NCBI GenBank assembly: GCA_965202585.1
Contig: OZ241831.1
Location: 31,496,001 to 31,560,000, forward strand
Direction: 5' to 3'
Length of the DNA: 64,000 bases
DNA from: Thalia democratica
Taxonomy: Eukaryota
A program made the position numbers and the translations under genes. The notes under the pieces were generated by a model. That model made no database searches, was not told the origin of the DNA, and was given only the letters and a program-made list of their open reading frames with translations. Below are positions 1-12,200 of the stretch, one piece after another. Each line of letters starts with the position of its first letter. Positions within the stretch are counted from its first letter, which is position 1.

Positions 1-239
1 AAGTCGGTATTTAATAAAACATTTATTGTATGCAATTAACTTACATAGTCATTGTACAAATCTAATTCTATTCAATGCATTGATGATATACTCGAGTTAA
101 ACTAGTTTGCTTAATTAAGTCTGAAAAAGTAAAAACTATACTTTTTTTTTCTATAGTTAAGGTTCAGGCCTTTTTTTTATCTAACAACCAAAACTAAACC
201 GTATTTTCTTGTTTTCTTCTCAAGGTTTTTAACGTACAG

Positions 240-3200
240 GCGCAGTCGGCGTGCGAGCAGATAATAGAACTGATCAAGCGGAAAAAATACCTTCCCGCCA
301 TCGTCTTCTCCTTCAGCAAGAAGGAGTGCGAGTTCTACGCCAAAAGCGTGGCCAAAATCCGCTTCAACCAGCGTTAGTTGTTAAATTTAAATGGTATATC
401 TAGTCAATTAATTATTTCAATTAACACTTGACCCACAGTTGTAGTACTTAAAGATTATTTTTAGCAAAAATATATACTGAAACACACAAAAAAGATTGAA
501 ATAATCTACCAAACTTTATTTTTATACCGAAAACGTTAAAATTAAGCTGTTAACGAACTTTAACTAAGCATATAAACAACACTCACAGCCGAGGAGGAGG
601 CTCTGGTGGAGGAAATTTTCAACGCGGCAATGAAGCAGCTATCTGCCGAAGACCGGTGCCTCCCCCAAGTCGAGAGAACCGTGTCGCTGCTGAAACGAGG
701 GATCGGGATCCACCACGGGGGGTTGCTGCCCATCATCAAGGAGACGACGGAGATCTTGTTCGGCGAGGGCCTGATCAAGATCTTGTTCGCAACGGAAACG
801 TTCGCCATGGGGGTAAACATGCCCGCTCACACCGTGGTGTTCACCTCGGTGAGGAAGTTCGACGGGCAGGATTTCAGAACTGTTAGTTTGAAATTTGTTA
901 GTAGAAAATTAATATTTTTAGACATGTTGGTTTGTTTTAATTTTATGAAAATTTTCTGTTTACTTTGAAGTTGAAATTATCTGTTTACTTCAGAACTGTT
1001 AGTTTGAAAAAAAGTGTTTGTTGTAAACAAAATAAATAGTTGGTGTAGTTTATTGCTTAACTCAGGGTTGCAAAAAAACCTGGAATCCTGGAAAAACCTG
1101 GAATTTAATAATTTAGGCTAAAAAACCTGGAAGTTTAAACAACTTTTTTACATGTTAAGTAGTAAAATTTCAATTTGACACAAAAAATTTATCGTATAGA
1201 TAAAGTTTTTCTGTCATCATCAAACATTTTTTTATTAAAAAACACATTTGAAGAAGCTTTAAGATGTTTTTTCAATGTCCTTATACTATTTAACACAGTT
1301 TTTTACTTTAAAATTAATTTTAGTCTAATATAGACTTTAAAACGCGCCATTTTAAAAACCTGGAAAAAATTTGCCAAAAATATTTGGCAACCCTTATAAT
1401 TAAGAATTGTAATTTCTTCGTTAATAAATTTTGAGTTTGTATAAAGAAATGTCTAATTGCATCTATTAAAGTTGTTGTAGTTATCCATACAAATATAACA
1501 GGTAACGGGCGGTGAGTACATACAGATGAGCGGCAGGGCGGGAAGAAGAGGAAAAGACGAGAATGGAATTGTCATCATGATGGTCGATGAAAAATTGTCA
1601 CCGTCAGTTGGAAAGTCATTAGTTAAAGTTTGTTTTTAAGTTGTATATTTATTGTTTAACTTTGACTATCTAAGTTTTGTTTGTTTGAATTACTTTAACA
1701 AATCTAATCAATTTAGCTGGTGTTTTACTAAATTCATCTACACATAGCTTTAATTCTTTACTGAATTACCGCTGCTAAGCTCAACATTTGAATACTTATA
1801 TAAAGTTGCTTGTTTTAGTTTCATTTAAAACTAGAATATATGTTAACGAATTTCAATCTTAAATCCAGGGTTCTTCGGATCCGATAGACTCTGCGTTCCG
1901 CCTCACTTACAACATGGTGCTGAACTTGCTTCGCGTTGAAGAAATAAATCCCGAATACATGCTGGAAAAATCCTTCTATCAATTTCAACATTACCAACAA
2001 CTACCTAAGGCGATTGAAAGTATGTTGTTATTTTTTATATTGAGATTTAAACAATAAATTTCTAGAGAGCTTCAAATTTAAGGAGCCTTTATAAAATTAA
2101 GACAAAAGTTATCTTGAGTTTATTACTTTTGTCTTAATGTTATTTATTTATCCTAGTTTTACTTCTTTTAAAAGTATTTTATCAATATAATATTCAATGT
2201 ACTTAAATTTTTGTATTAACTTATATGTTATAGTTTAATTTTTCTTTAGTTTAAGCATCAATAATTTTTTCTAGATATGGGTATTTATTGATATTCAAAA
2301 TATAGTTTTAGTGTCCTTACAAAAAAAAATAATTAAATAAAAAGTTTTTTATTAACAATATGTCCCACAAAACCTATTTTAATTACTACTCTCCCGCACA
2401 GACATGAAAGACCTGCAGAAGAAGCACGACGACATCTCAATAGAAGACGAGGACTCGACCAAGGACTACTACAAGATCCGCCTTCAGATCCACAAGCTCG
2501 GGTGCAAGATGAAGGACCTGTATTTGAAGCCCAAGTACACGAGGCCGTTCCTGCAGCCGGGCAGAATGGTCACGGTGAAGAATGGGGAGGACGAGTTCGG
2601 GTGGGGGGTGATCGTCAAGTGGGAGGAGCGGCAGGTGAGAGTTTTAGGTTATTTTTAGTTTTAAGGTTGTTTTTTTGGTTAAAAAGTTAAATGAAAATGG
2701 GGAAGGTAAATACCACATGATGTAACACATTTTGTCCAGAACGCGTTTATTGCTGCAACGGGTAGAGATTGAAAGTTATTTTTTTACCATTAAAAAATGC
2801 AGGGTTTCTCAAAGGGGCGGCATCGCCTCTTTTTGGCGGTTTTATTAAACCTGGGGAATATTTTGGTAATTTTTAGAATTTTAATTTTATATCCTGCTGT
2901 TTTACTAGTTTTAATTGCTACTTAGTATCTGACCCTTACCAAGTAGGGCATAAAAAAAGTATAACAGTTTAAATGTATTATTTTTGTCCAACGTTTGCCG
3001 TGATAAAAAACCTGAATTTCACTTGAAAAGAAAAAGCTACACCTTGAAAATTAAAAACAATTTAAAAGCTGATTTTTGCAAGTAAAACACTGACATTAAA
3101 CTGTAAGTTACGGAACGTAACCAACCTAAACATAAAAACAAACAGGTGAGGAACAGCGGGGTTATGGGAAGGAAGGGTAGTGGCAGGGGTAAGGAGGAGG

Positions 3201-6200
3201 AAAGTCAGATCGTGGTGGACGTTTTGCTTAACTGCGACAAGGACACCATCAGGCCGTACACCCATTCCGGGTGCACTCCAAGGTAAGATTGTTTATCTAC
3301 AAATACTGTAGTTATTGATAGTTTAATTTTAAAAATATAATTGATCTTGTAAGAAGTTTTGCTCAGGTGGGAAGAAATTGATGATTGATTTTTAAATAAG
3401 TGTTATTTTCTTTGATTTTGTATATGATTGGATTGCAATGAAAAAACAGTAAACATTGAAGTTTACTAACGTGTATATTTTTATAGTAGGTTAATTATTT
3501 TTTTATTACTTTCATCGGGTATGCACTTTCAGGTAGACATTATAGATTTCAAGTCATATAGTTCTTAATGGTCATTATTTGGAGGTTGCAAAAGAACTTG
3601 AAGTAATGGAAAGACCTGGCATTTGACAATTTAAGCAAAAATAACGTGAAAAAACCTGGAACTTCGAACAAAAATAACTAAAAAACAGAAATTTTAAACA
3701 ATTTTTACATTTTAAATAATGAGATTTTGATAAGATACAAAAATTCTAACATATGAATATATTTTCAACTATCATTTAAATATTAATTTATTATAGAAAA
3801 ACATTTAAAGTAGCATTACAATATATTTTTAATATTTTTGTAGCATTTAAGACAGTATTACCTTGGATTTTAATTTATACTAAGAATAGACGAAAATACT
3901 TGTACTTTTAAAATTAGAAGAAGTTTAAAAACCCTGGAATTTTTTTAAAAATCCTTCGGCAACTTTTTTTAGTTATAAAGATTAAAATAATTTAATAAAA
4001 ATAATAATACTACTTTACTAAGACTACCTATTGATTTTAGACAATTAGAATATTATACATCGAGTCTATTTTATAATTTTAGGTATTTCAAAATAAACTA
4101 TAAAAATAACTCATTAGTATTATCATTTTTATAACAATTTTTTGTAGGTTAAAATTGTTATTTAATATATCAGTAACTTATCAATATTTGTTCCTTATCT
4201 ATTTATTTTTGACCAGCGCACTTAAAAAATAACAACATTCCACTTTTCATTGCAATAATATTATCAAATTAAGTTAGTTTACCAACAAAACAATCTACAC
4301 AGACCAGCGCACACATCATCGAAGCCAGACAACTCGGAACTTTCTGTTATACCGGTGATTCTCTCGCTCATCAGATCGCTCTCGCCAGTCAGGTTGCCGC
4401 TTCCGTCAGATCTCAACTTGCAGAACAGGAAGGCAATCATGAACAACATCGAGGTTTGTTATGTTTATTCAAACAGATTAAATTTTATTCTATGTCTTCA
4501 TTAAATCAGTAAATGTTGGTGTTAAAAACTAAGTGAGCCAAGTAAGTTCGAGCAAAAAGCTTTACTTATTTTTTGTTGTATACTTTATTTAAATATACTA
4601 ATGATATAAGTTATAGTTTAATAATTTTAACAGGTTTTTCTTTATAACTGATAATATTAAATTAATTAAGAGTTTACAATCTATAACAGGGGTCGGCAGC
4701 TTTATGTGACTCGGGGGCCAATTTTTTTAGAAATTTTGCTCGCGGGCCGCACTATTTAGAAAAAAAAAACCTTTGAGGGCCGCATTTATCTAAAAAAATT
4801 CTAGTAATCAGTAGAAAAGTAATATTTAAGATCAAAAATATAACAAATTAAGTAATATAAGACCATTAATAAAGAGTATTAATTAAGTTAAAAGCCTAAA
4901 TGTAAGTTTTTATCACTAAAAATATAATTTCTATTGTTTCTAAAATATATATTTTTTGCTAAAAAGGAGCTCGCGGGCCGCAGATTTTAACTTAAGGGGC
5001 CGCATTTGGCCCGCGGGCCGCAGTTTGCCGAGCCTGATCTATAACTACATTATAATTATTTATGTAGATGCAGTTTTGTTATATATTAATTTAGTTTTCA
5101 TAAGTTGGGAATTACTTGAATTAATAGTAAAGCAATATCTAAGTGACTAAAATGTTGCATGTTTTTTTTAAGCGGCTTATTTAAAAACTTAGATTAACTT
5201 ATAAAGTTGATGCAAATAAAAAGTTCTACACCATAAATACTTTTTGCTTACTGTATTGACATAATTTTTTAGCCTTTGTATGTTTGCTTTACTACTTCAA
5301 TAAAATACATGCATAAGTTTGTTTTTTATAAATACATTTCTGATAATGAACTTTATTACTTATCGTTCCAGAAACTTTGATGATTTGTTAAGACAATATA
5401 AATAAAAAATGCTTATTAGTTTTCATTAAAGATACATTTTTACAAAAACTTTTATTTTTGTTGTTTGTCTTTTTGATTCAGAAAGTCAAGTTAAAGACGT
5501 CGAGGATTTTTAAACTATATGTGTTTGCTTTACAGACTCAAATAAACTTTGAATTATTTTTATAAGATAAATTCTTTTTTATATACATTTCTTAGAGTCA
5601 ACTTTATTACTAAGTGCATAATTTTAAACCGTACTCACTTTACTTTATTAACTTCGAGAAACTTGAACAATTTACTAAATTCATGTGAATTAAAAGCTGT
5701 GATCTAAAAAATTTAACTTTTTTCTTACTTATTAAGAAAGTCAAGCAAAAGATGACGCGTATACCCGAGCTGGATCCCATCGAAGACTTGAGAGTGAGAG
5801 ATCCAAAGTTATTGAAGATCATTGAGAAAATCGAGGCTTTCGAGAAGAGGATGTTCAGTCATCCGCTGCACATATCAGATGACTTGGAGAAAAGGATGAA
5901 GCTGTATGATAAGAAATCCAACGTGAGACTTAAATTTTTACTTTTGTGAAGATTAATCACAGTTTAATTTAAAGGAGCAGTATTTTTAACAACTGTTTAT
6001 ATATCTAATATGTTTTTTTTTTGATCAGTGTTATGTATTATAATTTTGTATGATAAAAAATCTAATGTGAGATATGAGTTGTAATGTAGCTTTAAAGAGT
6101 TAATTTTCATACAGGGCTGCCACAAGGTCAGGAAAAGTCAGGAAAAACTAAAAAAAAAAAAAGTCAGGAAAAAATGGGGGTTTTTGAAAAAAAAGTCAGG

Positions 6201-9200
6201 AGAAATCAGAAAATTTAACAAAATTAAAAAAAGTCAGATTTTTAAATTTAAATTTACAAAATTCCTTATTATCCAAAGCCTTCAAATGATAAAAAATTAA
6301 TTAAAAATCATTTAAAGTCACACTAAAATTGCAAAATTTTTCTAGAAATCAACAAAATTATTTAATTTCCAATGACTTCATCTGGTATAAATTAATAAAA
6401 TATCCTTTATAAAACTGCAAAATTTTTATACAAATATAAAATTATATTGAACAAGTAGTTGTTGTATGTAATCTTTTTATTATTAATGATCTGTAGCAAG
6501 GACACTTCCATAGTCAAACTGTGATATATGCACAAAAGTTAAACCTACCATAATTTTAGAATCAAAGTGTTTTTTGTTTAAGTAAATAAATGAGGCAGCA
6601 GAACTGAAGGTAAAAATAAATGAGTGCAAAAAGAAAAGAAATGGAGCCCACAAACTGTGACTAGATTTAGAGAAAAGATTCTCTTCGACAAATGTAGGGG
6701 CAGCAGATTAGAACAATTGAAATAAAATGAGGCAAATGGTTTTAACTACCATGAAAATAGAGCGAGATGCAGACCAGATGAAGGAAACCATATCTTTATT
6801 ATATGAAGAGGTTGAAGTGCTAATAAAGAAACGGAGAAAAAAAAATTCTAGTACATATAACAAAAAAACAGTGTTTGATTAAGTTCTCTATTCTTTTAAG
6901 GTTTTAATTGTAAATGTTCCTTATATGTTTTTTCGTTTATTTAGATACATTTATGTTAGGAAATGCTAAAAAAACTGTGTCTTTTTATCAGACAAGCTGT
7001 GATTATAAGGTAGTAATAAAAGTATTTTGCTGATAGAGCTGTTTATTGCAAATACATTATACCTTACAGTCATACACAGATGGTTCAAGTGATGTAATGG
7101 AAGTTTGATGATTGAATTCAGCAAAAAAGCTTTTGTTTTAACCTGTATTAAAATGTATTGAAATTAGATTGAAAGCTTTATATAGTTTTAAGTTAAATTA
7201 TGTATTTTAGAATAAGTTTAAATTAAGAGTTTTATTTAGAAAAGTCAGGAAAAATTTAGTAAAAAGTTAGGAAAAGTCAGGAAGTTTTTCTCAGCTTGAT
7301 ATGTGGCAACCATATAGATAGACTGTAGAGTGTTTTAAAACTTTTTAGAAAAAAAAAACATTATGATATGACGTTGTATGATTAAAATTCCAATGTGAGC
7401 TACTATATTTAGCTTAAAAAAGTTAATTTTAATAGCGTTTTTATAGCGAGAAAAATGAAATGTTTAGCAAGAAAAATAATAAAATAAGTCTATTATGAAG
7501 CTCTATGTTCAAAAGTACTGTGTGCTAAAAGTTACAAGTGTTTTATAAAATTTATTTTGGTTTAATGTGTTTGTATAACGATTGAGTGATCCTGAACACT
7601 AAAAGTTTTATTTTGACAGTTTTTATTAATTTATAAGAATGCTTTAAACTTTTTATATGAGTTTTATTCATTACAGAACAAGTTTTTACGTTTTATAGTG
7701 TAAGTCAAAAAAACACTTTAGTCAAAAATTGTTTAAAACTCACAATAATAAAGTTGAAAACACAATGAACGTTTTCTTTCTCAAAGTAAAATCAAATAAG
7801 TAGTGTTAAAGCTGAATGTTTTCTTTAATTGATTTTTTATTAATCTCTTTAAAATGAAACTACATCGATAGAAATTAAGCTAAAAATTTCTTAAACAATT
7901 TTTTTTCAGCTCTGGGCCGATGTGAAGCTGGCGAAGAAGGAGCTGAAGCAAAAGAAGAAGATCCTTCAGTTTGAAGAGCTGAAAAGCCGCAAGAGAGTGC
8001 TGAGAAGATTGGAATATTCCACTTGTTCCGATGTCATCGAAACTAAAGGTTGAAATAAAATATTCTCCAACCCATAACATTCTACTTAATCTATTGAAAC
8101 TGTTTAAGAAATTAATGTGACAAAAATAATGATAGTCGAGTTTAAATTTTATCACTAAATTTTTTTGGGGACATTTTTTAGATTTTTTGACTGTTTTCAC
8201 AAAACTTAAGTAAGAGATATCAAAGCTTTGTTATACTAAAGAACCTTTCAGATTTTTTTTATTGATTATTCAAGTAAAACTTTACATAGTTTATATATTA
8301 TACTTACTTAAATCTTATTAGGACGAGTTGCATGTGAAATAAGCGCTGCGGATGAAATTCTGTTGACAGAACTGATATTCGACGGAATTTTCAACGATCT
8401 GACTCCTGAACAGTGTTGCGCACTGCTCAGCTGCTTCGTATTCGACGAGAAGGTGAACAACTTGTTTATATTTGATACGCACAATTTATTAAAAAAAAGT
8501 TTAGTTATACTTAAAAAAGTATATTATAGTTTTAAACAGGTGAAAAATTTACAAATACGTTTCTATACTAAAGATTATACATAAAGTAGTTATTAGTAAA
8601 AAGTAACTATACTTAGCTGAGCAGAATATAGCAAAATACAAATAAAGCGATTTAAAAACGAAAGCAAATGAAGTTAATATCAGAAAAAAACAATCAAAGC
8701 TATTTAAAATTAAAAAAAATGTTTCCGTTTTCCTCTTAAGTTTGTCAATACAACTAATTCTGTTTAACTTGGTTCATTTTTCGCTGAAAACCAGCTCCTT
8801 AGACAAAAACAAAGCTTATAAAGTTTATACTTTTATTTTACATTTTCAATTTAAACCAATATATTTTGATGAAATTGATCATTACTAACGTAAACATATA
8901 TTTTTAACTATTTTATTAAGAAAGAACTAAAAACAGTTTATCACTTGTTAAAGGTAGACTAGTGCTGGCTAAAAATTCTTAAACTAAAATAGCATGCAGG
9001 TTTCATTTGCAAACTGAACGTTTTTAAATTATAGTTATTTCATTACTCCATTAAACAATGTTGTACTTTTTAAAGAATTGTTTTTATTTTTTTAGAATAA
9101 ATTCTAGTGACTTTACGGTTATTTTTTGCGTTTGATATTAGAAAGACTCATTTGATTTATTGGAGTATGCAATGTATCATTTTTATCTGCAAAAAAAAAA

Positions 9201-12200
9201 AACAAATGACTTAATGGTTTCTACCGTTATAAGCTAGTTAATTTTTAAAGAGATAGTTATTATTTAATAAAATATAACAGATCTAGTTCATTTACTACGA
9301 CATATTTAATAATGTAAGTAGAGGTACACTTTTTTAATCTTTATATTATTTTACTATATATTTAGTTAGTTTATCGTAAACTGTTGGTATTTTTGTTTTA
9401 CAAATTATAACCAATGATTTTTTTAATCATTGCGCTAGTGAACTTTCTATTAGGAAAAACTTTTGATCTTTTATGTATTTTTTAGTTATTTTCTTTGCTA
9501 AGTCTGTATTCTTGAATTTCAAACGACAACTAAAACTTGTTTAAATAAACTCTGAAGTTAATAATTGTTTATCAAAACACTTACAAGTTTTCAGCTCAAT
9601 CAAAGTTTTAGTATATTTTTACAACAAGTTAATTATTATTTTTTCAACAGTCGAAGTCGGCACCAAAGTTAAGTGAAGTATTGGCCGATCCTCTTAGAAA
9701 GTTACAACAAACTGCTAAAAAAATCGCAAAGGTAAAGTTTAATTTATTGAAGTTAAAAACTAGAAATTGAATTTTATATCTGTTTGAGATATTAGTTAAA
9801 TTGTAACTTTTTTCTACAACATTTTTGTAAGAAAGTAAGTCACATTAATTTAGTCAGTGTTTGTAGTTTTTGAAATAATTAAAAATCAAACCGAATTTCT
9901 ATACAATAATAGTTACTACAAACAAAAAACTTTAAAAAGTTAGTACTTTGAAACTGTATTGATGACTGCAATAAACTTTAACTTATAAAAACAAATATAA
10001 ATGATGAAAAACCAACTTTTCGTGAACATCAATAAATTCTCAAGTTTGGCGATATCCCCCTTAATTTTTAAACCAACAGTTTAAACACCTAAAAAAAATC
10101 AAGTTTAAAGAAAATACAAAGTTACATTAGTTTTTGGTAATTTTATCCAAAGTTGTTTTCTTTAAATTTTTATTGTAAGCTTAATAATTTCATAGCATCA
10201 AAGTTCTCACAATTACTCGATTCATTTCAAAAATTATATCAGTTTTTGATTTCTTAGAAATGACTTAGTCTAAAACACAACTTTTAATTCAGAGCAGGCC
10301 TTGTGTCTTCTACAGCTTTTGAAAATAATTTAAACTTTCAGTACAAATTTTCAAACTACGGTATCAAGAAGTTTAAACATTAAAAATAGCTAACTTTTAA
10401 TCTGTAAAACGACTGATGCTTTTCTAAATAATATAAGGCTTGTTAAGATCAAACAAAATACAACTGCATTTATTCGCAGATATCGGTGGAAAGCAAGCTG
10501 GACATGGACACTGAGAAGTACGTGGACAGTTTCAAGACGAACCTGATGGACGCGGTGTACGCTTGGGCGTCCAAGAAAAGTTTCGCCGAAGTTCTAGAGT
10601 GCTCTGAAACCTACGAAGGTTTGAATCGTATTATATGTTAAACAAACTTCTAATAGAAAAATAGATTAAAATAAAAATAATTATTTATTTGATTTAGGAA
10701 ACTAGACTTTTTTTTTTACATAGTATACATGTATATACTCATCATGAAATATTATTTTTGATACTGCTAATTTATGATTAAGCTCTTTATATGATATTTT
10801 ATCTGAAAGTTTAGAAGGTTTGTTTGAATCTCCGAAGAAACTTTAAATCAGGTTGAATAATTGTTAATTGAATTAAAACAATGTTAGTTTAAAGTTTAGA
10901 CCAATAAAAGTTGTTACAGGGAACGGCAAAATACACGGCTTGAATTTTGCATAAATTTGTGGCCCGATATTTTTTTAAGCTTAAAAGAAAAATGTGGTAA
11001 AAAATTACGACTATGCTTTAACTTATGATTAGTACTTATTGGTGATTATTATTGTTTGTTTTATCTCATTTTTGGTAAAAATAGTTTTTTTGTTGGCTAC
11101 TAAAATTATTTCAAGTAACTGCGAACCGCAAAAAAGTTATTTAAAAACAGTTAAGAAAATCTGTAAAAATTCACCCTAAATTATAAGACTGACGACCTTG
11201 GCTTGACATAATAACTATTTTATATTTTTTTGAAGACCCAAATGAAAAGAAAACATTTTTATTATTTAGAAAGTTATATAATGTTTCTTGTACACCTTAT
11301 ACACTTATTTTTGCATTAGGAAAACAGTTATCGATAATGCTACAATATATTTAAACTCTCAATGTTAAATGTTTGAGTTATACTCTATTTACAATTTTTT
11401 ATAAAACTTAAAAGAACTTAAGACATGATCAGTTTCCTAAAAGGATCGAAATCGCGCTTAAGTTAGTAAACCACTAGTTGAAAAACTTTAAAAAATTTGT
11501 GTTCAAAAAAGTCAAAGTTGTATCAAGCTTTGGAAAATTTGTCAAAAAGTAAATTATATGATATGTACTGTAAGCTTCATACTTTCATATCATTAAGATT
11601 CCCACAAACACTTGCTTCATATTCAGGTATACTATTTGTATTACTAGGTACGGATCGGGATTTTAAGACTTAATTTTTGAGCAGACATGTAGGCTACTAA
11701 TATTACAAATATATATACTATCAATGCATCAACGGTAATCAAAGTTTATTATAAGATCATAAAATAACTGAAGTTATGTTAAAAAAAAAATTATATTTAC
11801 TCACAAATACTCACTTATATCTAGTGATGTACCGGACCCACATCCGGACTTTTTTTTTCAAATTAGGATATGGCCGGATTCGGATAGTTTTTTCAAATTA
11901 GAATCCGGCTGGAACCGGACCCGGATATTTTTTCATATCAAGATCCAGCCGGATCCGGATATCAGACAAAAATAGCAATATCCGGCCGGGTCCGGACCCG
12001 GAATAAGTAGAACAGCCACAAGGTTGAAAATTTTAGGTAACATTTACAATTTACAACCTGAAATCAAGTTTTTGAACAAAATTAACTAGAAAATCACAAA
12101 ATATTGAAAACTGGATCAGCTCAAACTCATTGAAAATCTAAAAAAAAACTAGCCTGAGGTTTTTAGAAAATCTTAAAACTAGCCTGAGTTTTTATAAAAA

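Noticed and set aside
560-886. Alternative-frame and antisense ORFs over MTREX exon 589-881 (likewise 23258-24273, 28471-29444, 50420-51536, 55647-55859, 56819-57058, 62016-62231)
   Set aside because: They are shadows of real GC-rich coding exons with no domain-like content.
2632-3150. CAGGTGAG at both ends of intron 2635-3145, as a possible introner target-site duplication
   Set aside because: Single case; CAG|GT is the consensus at both splice sites, the other introns show no such repeat, and intron bodies are not similar to each other.
8446-8510. Further possible junction echoes (AGGTGAA at about 8498; TAAAGTT near 1801)
   Set aside because: Matches are too short or too AT-rich to distinguish from chance, so they were not counted among the seven.
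10917-11203. Possible additional Charlie-type MITE (CAGGGAACGGCAAA...)
   Set aside because: The right terminus and TSD could not be established.
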